DNA of 64,000 bases from Candidatus Latescibacterota bacterium. GTDB lineage: Bacteria > Latescibacterota > UBA2968. The notes beneath the pieces were generated by a model. The model made no database searches and had not been told where the DNA came from. It saw only the letters and a program-made list of their open reading frames with translations. The stretch is from the NCBI GenBank assembly GCA_965204375.1, contig OZ241986.1:5280001-5344000 (forward strand), given 5' to 3'. The position numbers and the translations under genes are program-made. Shown here piece by piece: positions 30,053-39,102 of the stretch (position 1 is its first letter; the number at the start of each line of letters is the position of its first letter).

Positions 30053-32032
30053 CTATTTGCGCCGGTGTACTATGCGGAGCTTGAGTGAGCTATGCGGGTG
30101 GAGACCGGGCAATTGCTTGGTTTTTAATTTGTAATCGGGGGGATCCAGTACGAGCTCGGTTGTGTGAACAATAGATGCTATGTTGAGCGCAATGAGTGCC
30201 TCGGCGAGACTGCTACCCAGGCATCGGTGAGCACCAACACCGAAGGGCGCATAGCACCCCTGCTGTCGATGCTCGGCCCGTTCTGGGGTATAGCGTTCGA
30301 TATCGAAACGTTGCGGATTGGGAAAATATTCCGCCATAAGGTGCGGCAATGTGAACGCCACGAGAACCGTTGCGCCAGCGGGAACAGTATAGCCTTCAAA
30401 TTCAAACGAATTGGCTACTGTACGCATCGTTACAGGAGTGAGTGGATAGAGGCGCATCGTCTCCATCGCCACGCGACGGATGACATCGAGTTGGGATAAA
30501 TTTTTCATTGAGGGCATGCCCTCGGCAAAAAGGGTATCTGCTTCGGCGATGGTTTGCTCGAGTATATCCGGGTTTTTCAACAACTCGTAGAGCATGAAGG
30601 CACAAGCACTTGCTGCGGTGTCGAGGCCTGCTATGTACGGTGTCAGCAGGAATACTCTGAAATTGGCCTCGGAAATATAATACGGGTCGTTTAGATTTAG
30701 TTCCAGCAAATCGTCGATGAAGTCACGGGGCTTGTCGCGGCGTTTTTCCAGATCGTGATCTGCCAGAATTTTCTGCAGGAATTCCTCCACCCGCTTGCGG
30801 GAACGCCGAAAACGCGGCAGAAACCTCACTTGCTTGGGAATATGCCGCGAGAGATGCATGGATAGCATCTTGGAAGAAAAATAGATGAGGTCATCTATGT
30901 AATCCCGAGAGGACATGCCGGTCGCCATATACCCAATTTGTTCGGCAATAATGCGCTGGCAAGCCCGCAGGGCCCCAAACGATTTATTTTGCGGCCATTC
31001 CGTAGTCTCGCGTTGCACGATGCGTACCGCATCTTCTATGCGGTCCGCAATGAGGTTGCGCGAATAGACCTGAGCATGATCCCGGCGCATGCGAATATGT
31101 TCGGGCCCGTCTATGCTGATGGGGGAGCAACTGACGCCCAGGTCCGTATTGAAGGACGCCCAAGCTTCGTGACTGCGAAAGTAATTATTGCCCTTTGATA
31201 CAAATTTGTTCGCCTCCGGGCCTGCGAGGACGATTAAGCGATGATTGAATGCACGGATGCTGAAAATTGGACCTGAATTGCGGTACTGCTTGACCAAAAA
31301 AGAGCGCAAATCGCGTGCCATGTCGATGGTGTTGCCAAGAAGCGGCAACCCCGGTGCCTCTGGTATCTCCTTAGCTGGGGGGGGTACGGGCTGCATCTCA
31401 AGCTCGAGCTTTTGGACCGCTTTGGTAACCGATTGACCGATCAGGTCCATTTTTCGCACCAGTTCGATCCGCTCCTGTACCTCTTCTCGTTCCGACCTGG
31501 ACAGAATATTCTCGAAAACGCCGCAGGCATCTGCCAGGCAGATAATGACAATATCGCGCGGGTCTGGAATTTCATCGGTGAAAAGCACGCGCATAATGCG
31601 TAACCGGACTTCTTCTACTGGTTGTCCATCAATGGTTGGATAGCGGCGGGCGTGGGATACCAAGCGCGAAAGGAGGAAGATCCCTTCGGATTCGGATTCC
31701 AATATGCCCCGATTGACCAGCCGTGCAAGTGCTTTATCGCGGATTTCTTCGCCCCGTTTGGCCGTTTGTGCGACCCAATAGCTGGCGTCTCGTGTGTCCG
31801 TATCGCGTGCAATGCTGGCCAGGGTGGGATCGAGTAGGTCGTCTTCGAGCGGTGTGGAATCAGCCAAAAAGAGATGATCGAGATCAGTATCGATGCGGTT
31901 TTCAAGGGCCAAATCCATCAACACGGCACCAGCGAGAACGATGTTCAAAGTGTCCGATGCGAGACCGGGTGCGAAATCACCCCGGTCTTCGTTGTGGAGA
32001 AGCAGAAGTATTTCCTCGGCAAATCTCAGCAT
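30053..32032 (-). CDS. GPP34/GOLPH3-like domain fused to cytochrome P450
   Basis: N-terminus AEEILLLL...LAGAVLMDLALENRID (GPP34-like). P450 I-helix AGLDT, ETMR, and heme motif PFGVGAHRCLG. Confidence 0.85.
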   Translation of the reverse strand: MLRFAEEILLLLHNEDRGDFAPGLASDTLNIVLAGAVLMDLALENRIDTDLDHLFLADSTPLEDDLLDPTLASIARDTDTRDASYWVAQTAKRGEEIRDKALARLVNRGILESESEGIFLLSRLVSHARRYPTIDGQPVEEVRLRIMRVLFTDEIPDPRDIVIICLADACGVFENILSRSEREEVQERIELVRKMDLIGQSVTKAVQKLELEMQPVPPPAKEIPEAPGLPLLGNTIDMARDLRSFLVKQYRNSGPIFSIRAFNHRLIVLAGPEANKFVSKGNNYFRSHEAWASFNTDLGVSCSPISIDGPEHIRMRRDHAQVYSRNLIADRIEDAVRIVQRETTEWPQNKSFGALRACQRIIAEQIGYMATGMSSRDYIDDLIYFSSKMLSMHLSRHIPKQVRFLPRFRRSRKRVEEFLQKILADHDLEKRRDKPRDFIDDLLELNLNDPYYISEANFRVFLLTPYIAGLDTAASACAFMLYELLKNPDILEQTIAEADTLFAEGMPSMKNLSQLDVIRRVAMETMRLYPLTPVTMRTVANSFEFEGYTVPAGATVLVAFTLPHLMAEYFPNPQRFDIERYTPERAEHRQQGCYAPFGVGAHRCLGSSLAEALIALNIASIVHTTELVLDPPDYKLKTKQLPGLHPHSSLKLRIVHRRK

Positions 32033-32180
32033 GGTATATGTTCCTGCATATCTACTATTACGCGATGTGTGACTTCAAAATTTTACGAGGCCGTCAAAAT
32101 CAAGGGGGTCCCTGTAATTGATGATATTGAGAAAGACACACAGGGTATGGGTTAAGATTTTGGTATTTTCTATAACATAT

Positions 32181-32196
32181 AGCAAAAAATATGCCA
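32181..32196 (-). promoter_or_regulatory. Sigma54 (-24/-12) promoter for the P450 operon
   Basis: Minus strand reads TGGCATATTTTTTGCT (GG-N10-GC), about 150 bp upstream of the P450 ATG. Confidence 0.68.
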
Positions 32197-32272
32197 GATT
32201 ATACTAAACGATCTAATCCCTTGTAAATAAAGGAGTTGGATCATGTGAGGAATGATTCGCAGATCTTTGAAT

Positions 32273-32415
32273 TGTTGCAGAATGCGACACTCAGGAGTGC
32301 ATATCTACTGAGTTAGATATGAAACAAATATTTGTTTATAGGGGATTTATGGAAAATTAAAGGTGGGATATAGAGGATTTGTTGCAATTTGTAACAAGGG
32401 TTGCATTTTACAACA
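32273..32415. promoter_or_regulatory. Three palindromic boxes, candidate enhancer (bEBP) sites
   Basis: TGTTGCAgaaTGCGACA at 32273, TGTTGCAattTGTAACA at 32380 and GGTTGCAtttTACAACA at 32399. Confidence 0.6.
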
Positions 32416-32776
32416 AATATGACCAATACGACCTCGTTCCAAAAAATGAAAATTTTTTTGGAAGGAATTTGCAAGGAAATATTCTATATTATGTCATATG
32501 CGACTTTAAATAGACAAGAGGAGGTTCCTGGGGTATATTGCAAAAATTTCTATAAGTTGTTTAAAAACAATCATTACACCCCCCCCGAATTTTTCAAATT
32601 CAGAATCGCTACCCTATGCGATTTTTTGTACTGCCCGACGAAATAACTCTAAAAATTGTCACACCCAACCTGTCCATATTTATTCGGTATTACTTTATGG
32701 AGATTTTGAAGTCACACATCTCGTCTACTATTTTGACCCAAAACCCCTTACGAGACCGATTAGATCGGCGTTGATA

Positions 32777-33111
32777 TCAATTATATGGCCGAAAACCGCG
32801 TACCATGAATCCATTGTCTTTTTTTGCCTCTGCCGCACGTTTTGCCGATTCTGCGCGGTTTTTTGTGGTGGTGCCGCGTATGACGACGTAATCATCAGCC
32901 CTGCGGTAGCGGTGTATGAAGACGGGGCGGGGTTTGTCCGAGTGGTTCTGTTTGGAGCCGTGAACGGTTTTGACGTGGAAGAAGATGGCGTCACCGGGTT
33001 GACCGGGTATTGGGAGGGCGCGTTCGTAATTGTCAGGGGCGAGTAAAAAGTGCTGTTATGAGATTTCCTGTTTGGGCTGTTTGTCGTTTGAGTGCCCGGT
33101 GAGATGGCGAG
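32777..33111 (-). pseudogene. Chimeric remnant: 3' end of a phyH copy joined to an internal fragment of a Gfo/Idh/MocA copy
   Basis: 32783-33025 matches 36694-36936; 33038-33111 matches 41846-41919. Confidence 0.9.
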
Positions 33112-33249
33112 TAAATTGTTTAAAACAGATCAATTTCTAAGCCTCTTGACAACACTTTCCCGACTATTTATTATGGGCATGATAAACAGGAGTCAGTTGT
33201 CGAGGTCGTCCAGGTCCTCGCGACGGTGAACGGCCTTATTGAGGTAAAG

Positions 33250-36200
33250 ATGCCCAAACGCAAAGGATTCCCCCCCCGTTTATTCCTCACCCTCTGTATC
33301 GCCAGTCTGCTGAACTTGATTTCCTCGTGGTCTCTTTTCGCACAGACAAGTAGTTTTTCCCTTTCTCTGGATCTAAATGGTTCTGATGGCGATCAGGCTA
33401 TCCAGTCTCTTGATGTATTTCCCAATCAAGTTATTTTTGTTCAAATTTTTGGCAAAGATATTCAAAATGCCAACAGTCTTTTGACGCGCTTTGAATACCC
33501 TGCGACACAGGTTGTTTACGAGGGGTTTGATGCTGGCGATGTATTGTCCAATGCCTCAGTACTCTTAGAGCCAGGTTCGGGTTTTGTCGAGATCGATATC
33601 GCGTCTTCTAATGGGTCTGCAACGGTCAAAAGCGGTCTGATGGGCACGTTGCGTTTTCGTACGACAGATACGTTTGCGGGTACGCGGATTCGGTTGGTGC
33701 GTGCGGAACTGGGGCGGGGGGGACAGTTTGAGACTGTGACCTTATCTGTTAGTGTAGCCTTACAGGTGGCTGCTTCCTCTTCTCTGGACATTGATGAGAG
33801 TGGGGTTGTGGATTTTTCCGACTTTTTGGTATTGGCGGGTGCCTTTGGGGCACAACGGGGCGATACACGGTATGAAGATCGGTTGGACCTGGATCGCAAC
33901 GGGTCTATAGAGTTTTCAGATTTTCTCGAATTTGTTGGCGTGTTTGGAAAAAAAGTGTCACACCCATTCTTACCGGTCTGTGACCGCACCGCCCAGGTAC
34001 GCGATGCGATTGTGGCGGCAGTATCTGTAAGCACCTGTGGCGATGTGACAGAGGTGCATCTCGTAGCGATAGATTCTCTCAGTGTGGCCGGGGCAAACCT
34101 CTCAGAACTGCAAGCCAATGAATTATCTGGCCTGACCGCTTTGACATGGCTCAATCTGAGGGGCAACCAACTGACCAGGCTACCGGAAGGCATCTTTGAT
34201 GGCCTGACTGCCCTGACATGGCTCAATCTGGGTAACAACCGCCTCAGCATAATCCCATCCGAATTGGGCAATCTGACCAATCTTACGTATCTGCATTTTG
34301 GGCGCAATCAGTTGAGTGGTGAGATTCCATCCGAATTGGGCAATCTGACCAATCTTGAGTACATGTCTCTTGGTGGCAATCAGTTAGAGGGTGAGATACC
34401 AGCAGCATTGGGCAACCTATCCAATCTTGAATACCTGTCCCTTAGTGGCAATCAGTTAAGTGGTGAGATTCCATCCGAATTGGGCAACCTGTCTAATCTT
34501 AAAGACCTGGGACTTAACAACAATCAGTTGCGTGGAAAGATTCCCGTGGCATTGGGCAACCTGTCCAATCTTGAGCGTCTGGGTCTTTACAACAATCAAT
34601 TGAGCGGTGAAATTCCGTCCGAATTGAGCAGGCTGACAAAGCTCACAGGCCTGTGGCTTGGCAACAATCCATTGCGTGGCGCGCTTCCCCATAGCTTGAT
34701 AGAGCTGACAAATTTGGAGGAATTTTACTTTGGGGGCGGGGGATTATGTGCGCCTCTTGATGCGACCTTTCAAAAGTGGCTTCAGGGCATTGATGAGGTC
34801 AATGGCCCGACTTGCATCCCTGCGTCACAGCGCGAGGCATTGGTGGCTCTGTACCGGGCGACAGACGGCGACAATTGGACGGATAAGACAAATTGGCTAA
34901 GTGACAAGCATCCTTCGACCTGGCATGGCGTCGGGGTTTCCGAGGGTTGGGTTACACGTTTGGATCTGAGGAAGAACAATCTGACGGGCATGCTTCCTGC
35001 CGAATTGAGCAATCTGACCCATCTTGTTTACTTGAATATAGGCGACAATTCATTGCGTGGCGCGCTTCCTCATAGCTTGATGGAACTGACAAAATTGGAG
35101 GAATTTCACTTTAGGAGCGGGGGGTTATGTGCGCCTCTTGATGCGACCTTTCAAAAGTGGCTTCAAGGCATTGATGAATTCAATGGTCCGACTTGCACCC
35201 CTGCATCACAGCGCGAGGCATTGGTGGCTCTGTACCGGGCGACAGACGGCGACAATTGGACGGATAAGACAAATTGGCTAAGTGACAAGCATCCTTCGAC
35301 CTGGCATGGCGTCGGGGTTTCCGAGGGTTGGGTTACACGTTTGGATCTGAGGAAGAACAATCTGACGGGCATGCTTCCTGCCGAATTGAGCAATCTGACC
35401 AACCTTAGGGAACTGTGGCTTTACGACAATGAGTTGCACGGTGAGATTCCATCCGACTTGGGTAAGCTGCCCGACCTTGTGGAACTGGATTTTGGCTACA
35501 ATCAATTGAGTGGTGAGATTCCATCCGAATTGGGCAATCTGTCCAATCTTGAGAAATTGGGTCTTTACAGCAATGAGTTGCGCGGTGAGATTCCGTCCGA
35601 ATTGAGCAGGCTGACAAAGCTCAATAGCCTGTGGCTTAACAACAATCAGTTGAGTGGTGAGATTCCATCTGAATTGGGTAAGCTGACCAACCTCGAGGAA
35701 CTGGATTTTGATTACAATCAATTGAGTGGTGAGATTCCATCCGACTTGGGTAACCTGTCCAGTCTTGATGGTCTGGATCTTTCTAATAATCAATTGGGCG
35801 GTGAGATACCTGTTGAATTGGGCAAGCTGTTCTTCCTCAGATCGTTGTCGCTTCGCGACAATCAATTGAGCGGTGAGATACCTGTGGAATTAGGCAAGCT
35901 ATCCTATCTCGATGCACTGGATTTTGGCAACAATCAATTGAGTGGTGAGATTCCATCCGAATTGGGTAAGCTGACCAATCTTGAATGGCTGTGGCTTTAC
36001 AGTAATCAGTTGCGCGGTGAGATTCCATCCGAATTGGGTAAGCTGACCGACCTTGTGGAACTGGATTTTGGCTACAATCAGTTGCGCGGTGAGATTCCAT
36101 CCGAATTGGGCAATCTGTCCAACCTTACAGACCTGGGACTTAGCAACAATGAGTTGGAGGGTGAGATTCCATCCGAATTGGGCAACCTGTCCAGTCTTGG

Positions 36201-36669
36201 GTGGCTGCGGCTTGACAACAATCAGTTGAGTGGTAAGATTCCATCCGAATTGGGCAATCTGTCCTTCCTCAAAGAGCTAGAGCTTCACGACAATCAATTG
36301 AGCGGTGAGATTCCTGTGACATTGGGTAAGCTTACCAACCTTGAGGAACTGTGGCTTAGCAACAATCAGTTGAGTGGTGAAGTTCCTGTTGAATTGGGCA
36401 ACCTGTCCAGTCTTGAGTGGCTGTGGCTTAACAACAATCAGTTGAGTGGTGAAGTTCCTGTTGAATTGGGCAACCTGTCCAGTCTTGAGTGGCTGTGGCT
36501 TAACAACAATCAGTTGAGTGGTGTACTTCCCCACAGCTTGATAGGGCTGACGAAACTGGAGAAATTTTACTTTGGGGAGGGCGGAGGGTTATGTGCGCCG
36601 CTTGATGCAGCTTTTCAGATGTGGCTTCAGGGTATTTCAGAAACCAGTGGTCCGAATTGTTCAAGATAG
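33250..36669 (+). CDS. Secreted plant-type leucine-rich repeat protein with N-terminal cohesin-like and dockerin/EF-hand-like domains
   Basis: Signal peptide; DIDESGVVDFSDF...DLDRNGSIEFSDF; many 24-aa LxxLxLxxNQLSGEIPxELGN repeats; LRRNT-like caps. Confidence 0.92.
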   Translation: MPKRKGFPPRLFLTLCIASLLNLISSWSLFAQTSSFSLSLDLNGSDGDQAIQSLDVFPNQVIFVQIFGKDIQNANSLLTRFEYPATQVVYEGFDAGDVLSNASVLLEPGSGFVEIDIASSNGSATVKSGLMGTLRFRTTDTFAGTRIRLVRAELGRGGQFETVTLSVSVALQVAASSSLDIDESGVVDFSDFLVLAGAFGAQRGDTRYEDRLDLDRNGSIEFSDFLEFVGVFGKKVSHPFLPVCDRTAQVRDAIVAAVSVSTCGDVTEVHLVAIDSLSVAGANLSELQANELSGLTALTWLNLRGNQLTRLPEGIFDGLTALTWLNLGNNRLSIIPSELGNLTNLTYLHFGRNQLSGEIPSELGNLTNLEYMSLGGNQLEGEIPAALGNLSNLEYLSLSGNQLSGEIPSELGNLSNLKDLGLNNNQLRGKIPVALGNLSNLERLGLYNNQLSGEIPSELSRLTKLTGLWLGNNPLRGALPHSLIELTNLEEFYFGGGGLCAPLDATFQKWLQGIDEVNGPTCIPASQREALVALYRATDGDNWTDKTNWLSDKHPSTWHGVGVSEGWVTRLDLRKNNLTGMLPAELSNLTHLVYLNIGDNSLRGALPHSLMELTKLEEFHFRSGGLCAPLDATFQKWLQGIDEFNGPTCTPASQREALVALYRATDGDNWTDKTNWLSDKHPSTWHGVGVSEGWVTRLDLRKNNLTGMLPAELSNLTNLRELWLYDNELHGEIPSDLGKLPDLVELDFGYNQLSGEIPSELGNLSNLEKLGLYSNELRGEIPSELSRLTKLNSLWLNNNQLSGEIPSELGKLTNLEELDFDYNQLSGEIPSDLGNLSSLDGLDLSNNQLGGEIPVELGKLFFLRSLSLRDNQLSGEIPVELGKLSYLDALDFGNNQLSGEIPSELGKLTNLEWLWLYSNQLRGEIPSELGKLTDLVELDFGYNQLRGEIPSELGNLSNLTDLGLSNNELEGEIPSELGNLSSLGWLRLDNNQLSGKIPSELGNLSFLKELELHDNQLSGEIPVTLGKLTNLEELWLSNNQLSGEVPVELGNLSSLEWLWLNNNQLSGEVPVELGNLSSLEWLWLNNNQLSGVLPHSLIGLTKLEKFYFGEGGGLCAPLDAAFQMWLQGISETSGPNCSR
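34660..35400 (+). repeat. Near-identical internal 381-bp tandem duplication in the LRR gene
   Basis: The 127-aa block (GLCAPLDATFQKWL...PASQREALVALY...GMLPAELSNLT) occurs twice. Confidence 0.92.
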
Positions 36670-36690
36670 GCGTCGCTCGGATTGCTTTTT

Positions 36691-37557
36691 TTAATATGGA
36701 CGAAAACCGCGCACCATGAATCCATTGTCTTTTTTTGCCTCTGCCGCGCGTTTTGCCGATTCTGCGCGGTTTTTTGTGGTGGTGCCGCGTATGACGACGT
36801 AATCGTCGGCTCTGCGGTAGCGGTGTATGAAGACGGGGCGGGGTTGGTCCGAGTGGTTTTGTTTGGAGCCGTGAACGGTTTTGACGTGGAAGAAGATGGC
36901 GTCACCGGGTTGACCGGGTATTGGGAGGGCGCGTTCCCAGGGCCATTCGTCGTCTGCGAGTCCCAGGTGCGAGAAGGTGTCGATGTGGTCGAGTTGCCCC
37001 AGTTTGTGAGAGCCGGGTACGACGTGGAGGGCGCCGTTTTTGAGGTCGGTGGGGACGACGTAGGTGAGGATGCCAACGGGTCCTTCGTATCGGTGTTCAA
37101 AATACGCCGAGTCCTGGTGCAGGTGTTTGGGGTGGCCTCCGACGGGTTCTTTGTAGAGGCATTGCCCGTTGCCGTAGAGTTCGATGTTGGGTCCGAGGAT
37201 GGCTTCGACTATGTCGAGGGTGGGGGGGTGAAATGCCGAGCGAAAGAAGGTCGCGCTGGTGTGGTAGTTGATGCCGAGGACCATGATTTGTCGGTCCCGT
37301 TCATAATTTTCAGGCGCGGGTATAAAGAGGGTGTTGTTGGGCGTGCGCCATCCTTCGGGTATTGCGCTGGCTTGATCGAGGAGGGCGAGGGATTGCCTAA
37401 CTGTGGCGTCGATGTCGCGGTGAAGCGCGTCAATGTATTCGCGGAGCAAACCTCGTATGACTATCGCGCCATGCGTTTTGAATGCCTCGGCTGCACGCTG
37501 AAGGTCGATGTCTTTGGACTGGAAGTCCAGATCGTTTAGAGAGATGGTTTGGGTCAT
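36691..37557 (-). CDS. Phytanoyl-CoA dioxygenase (PhyH) family Fe/2-OG oxygenase
   Basis: HQDSAYF (HxD), NGALHVVPGSH and PGDAIFFH...HGS motifs. Confidence 0.9.
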   Translation of the reverse strand: MTQTISLNDLDFQSKDIDLQRAAEAFKTHGAIVIRGLLREYIDALHRDIDATVRQSLALLDQASAIPEGWRTPNNTLFIPAPENYERDRQIMVLGINYHTSATFFRSAFHPPTLDIVEAILGPNIELYGNGQCLYKEPVGGHPKHLHQDSAYFEHRYEGPVGILTYVVPTDLKNGALHVVPGSHKLGQLDHIDTFSHLGLADDEWPWERALPIPGQPGDAIFFHVKTVHGSKQNHSDQPRPVFIHRYRRADDYVVIRGTTTKNRAESAKRAAEAKKDNGFMVRGFRPY

Positions 37558-37572
37558 GATATAAACTCGGTC

Positions 37573-39102
37573 TTACGATTGGTTTGGATCATCCCGTAAA
37601 GTTTCTAAAATTTCACTGCAGTATCCTTCAACAATCGTACGCTCATGGGGTTGGAGTACCTCATCACGATTATGAGCCAGGGGATTTCTACACTTCGCAA
37701 GTAACTTTTGGCGTTCCTCCCAGTAATTCTTATCCTTACCAAAGATAGGCCGAAAGAGGTCATCCCATAAACCTCTCGCACGAATAATCTCAAACAAATG
37801 TGTGGGATAAGTAAAATCGATCAGATTATGTGATGCTCTATCTCCAAATGATTTTTCTTCTTTCTGCTGCGCTTTACGGCAGTCATCAAAAATGTTCTTT
37901 AAGTTTGGACGTGTTTTCCCCAGTTCGTCAATCCAGTTCACCCCATACGCATTGGACAGGGTGTTTGTAATTACCTCACGAAGCGCTTTCTCAGTGTCTC
38001 TCCAGATCGGCCATAAATCTGCGGCAAATTCTGTTGCACGCTCTTGGAGCTTAAGATAATCGTGAAAGTGTTCTGAATAGGCAGCGTAAGTTCCATTTTG
38101 GGTTGGCTTAATCAATCCGTAGTTTTGAAGTTCAGTCACATCAGTTCGCTTGACATCGATAACGGGACCAAACAAAATTTGGATTAACTTATTAAGGGTC
38201 CCTTCCCCCCGCAGTAAACGAATCATGTCGTCGTAATGTTCAAAGAAGGACTGGCTAATCGTATCGGCGGCGTTATCGACATTAATTTTTTGATTTTCAC
38301 GAAATATCTCGACAATTTCACAGCCTAACATTTCAAGAAGATAGGGGTGCGCCCCGCAATAGAATAACACACGTTCTCGGTCAGCATCAGATAGTGATAT
38401 CCCGATAGACGAAAATTGATCAAAGTAGGTTTCTAAGTCCTCCTCACGGAACGTTGTTAAACGTTGAACCTGAAAAATGTTATGAAATGGGGAGTTGGAT
38501 CCAGCATCTTGCTCAATATCTCTAATACTCCGACGAGAGGTTAAAACGAGCGATAGCCGATAATCCGGGTAATCAGCCAGCTCTCGTAAGCGCTGAAAGG
38601 CCGTATCCCCTTTGAAGAGAAGTCGAGCCTGATCAAATTCATCAATAATGAAAAGGGTGCCATAGCCAGCTTCTTGGACTTTCTTAAAAAAGCGTTTAAT
38701 TTGGTTCCACGGATCCTGAGTCTCCAATGCGCGGTCGGCTAAACGTTGAATTTGTTCTGTGAGCCAGTTTAAGTCCTCCATTTCATCAACACATTCAGTT
38801 ACAAGCGAGCGGAAGAAATTCAACGACTGATTATACGAAGAAAGCCCTATCCAAATCGGAAGAACTCCCTTCTGGGTTAGCTTATCTTTCTGCTCAATGA
38901 TCGTTTTGTAAGCCAAGCTGCTTTTGCCGATACGATGTATCCCAATGATAGCCAGGTTCCCCGGATCCGTGGGCTGAATGATTCGACTTTCGATAACCCT
39001 TATAATTTCCTTACGACCGATGAAGCGTTCTCCGCGAACAATTTTACCGTAATCTGCAAATGGATTTTCAAACGCAGAATTCATTCTGTTCTCCAATTTC
39101 AT
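37573..39102 (-). CDS. STAND-like ATPase with C-terminal Swt1-like HEPN ribonuclease domain
   Basis: NPF...FIGR, GIHRIGKSS, FIIDEFD and GAHPYLL; C-terminal TEKALR...RNPLAH (Rx4H). Confidence 0.82.
   Translation of the reverse strand: MKLENRMNSAFENPFADYGKIVRGERFIGRKEIIRVIESRIIQPTDPGNLAIIGIHRIGKSSLAYKTIIEQKDKLTQKGVLPIWIGLSSYNQSLNFFRSLVTECVDEMEDLNWLTEQIQRLADRALETQDPWNQIKRFFKKVQEAGYGTLFIIDEFDQARLLFKGDTAFQRLRELADYPDYRLSLVLTSRRSIRDIEQDAGSNSPFHNIFQVQRLTTFREEDLETYFDQFSSIGISLSDADRERVLFYCGAHPYLLEMLGCEIVEIFRENQKINVDNAADTISQSFFEHYDDMIRLLRGEGTLNKLIQILFGPVIDVKRTDVTELQNYGLIKPTQNGTYAAYSEHFHDYLKLQERATEFAADLWPIWRDTEKALREVITNTLSNAYGVNWIDELGKTRPNLKNIFDDCRKAQQKEEKSFGDRASHNLIDFTYPTHLFEIIRARGLWDDLFRPIFGKDKNYWEERQKLLAKCRNPLAHNRDEVLQPHERTIVEGYCSEILETLRDDPNQS

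Noticed and set aside
32401-32646. 81-aa ORF in the AT-rich intergenic region
   Set aside because: TTG start, no RBS or motif, and it overlaps regulatory palindromes.
33250-36669. Diversity-generating retroelement target (template/variable repeat pair)
   Set aside because: No reverse transcriptase is in the window, and differences between repeat copies are not adenine-specific.
36682-37539. 285-aa plus-strand ORF, and its copy at 32771..33046
   Set aside because: Antisense shadows of phyH and of its remnant.
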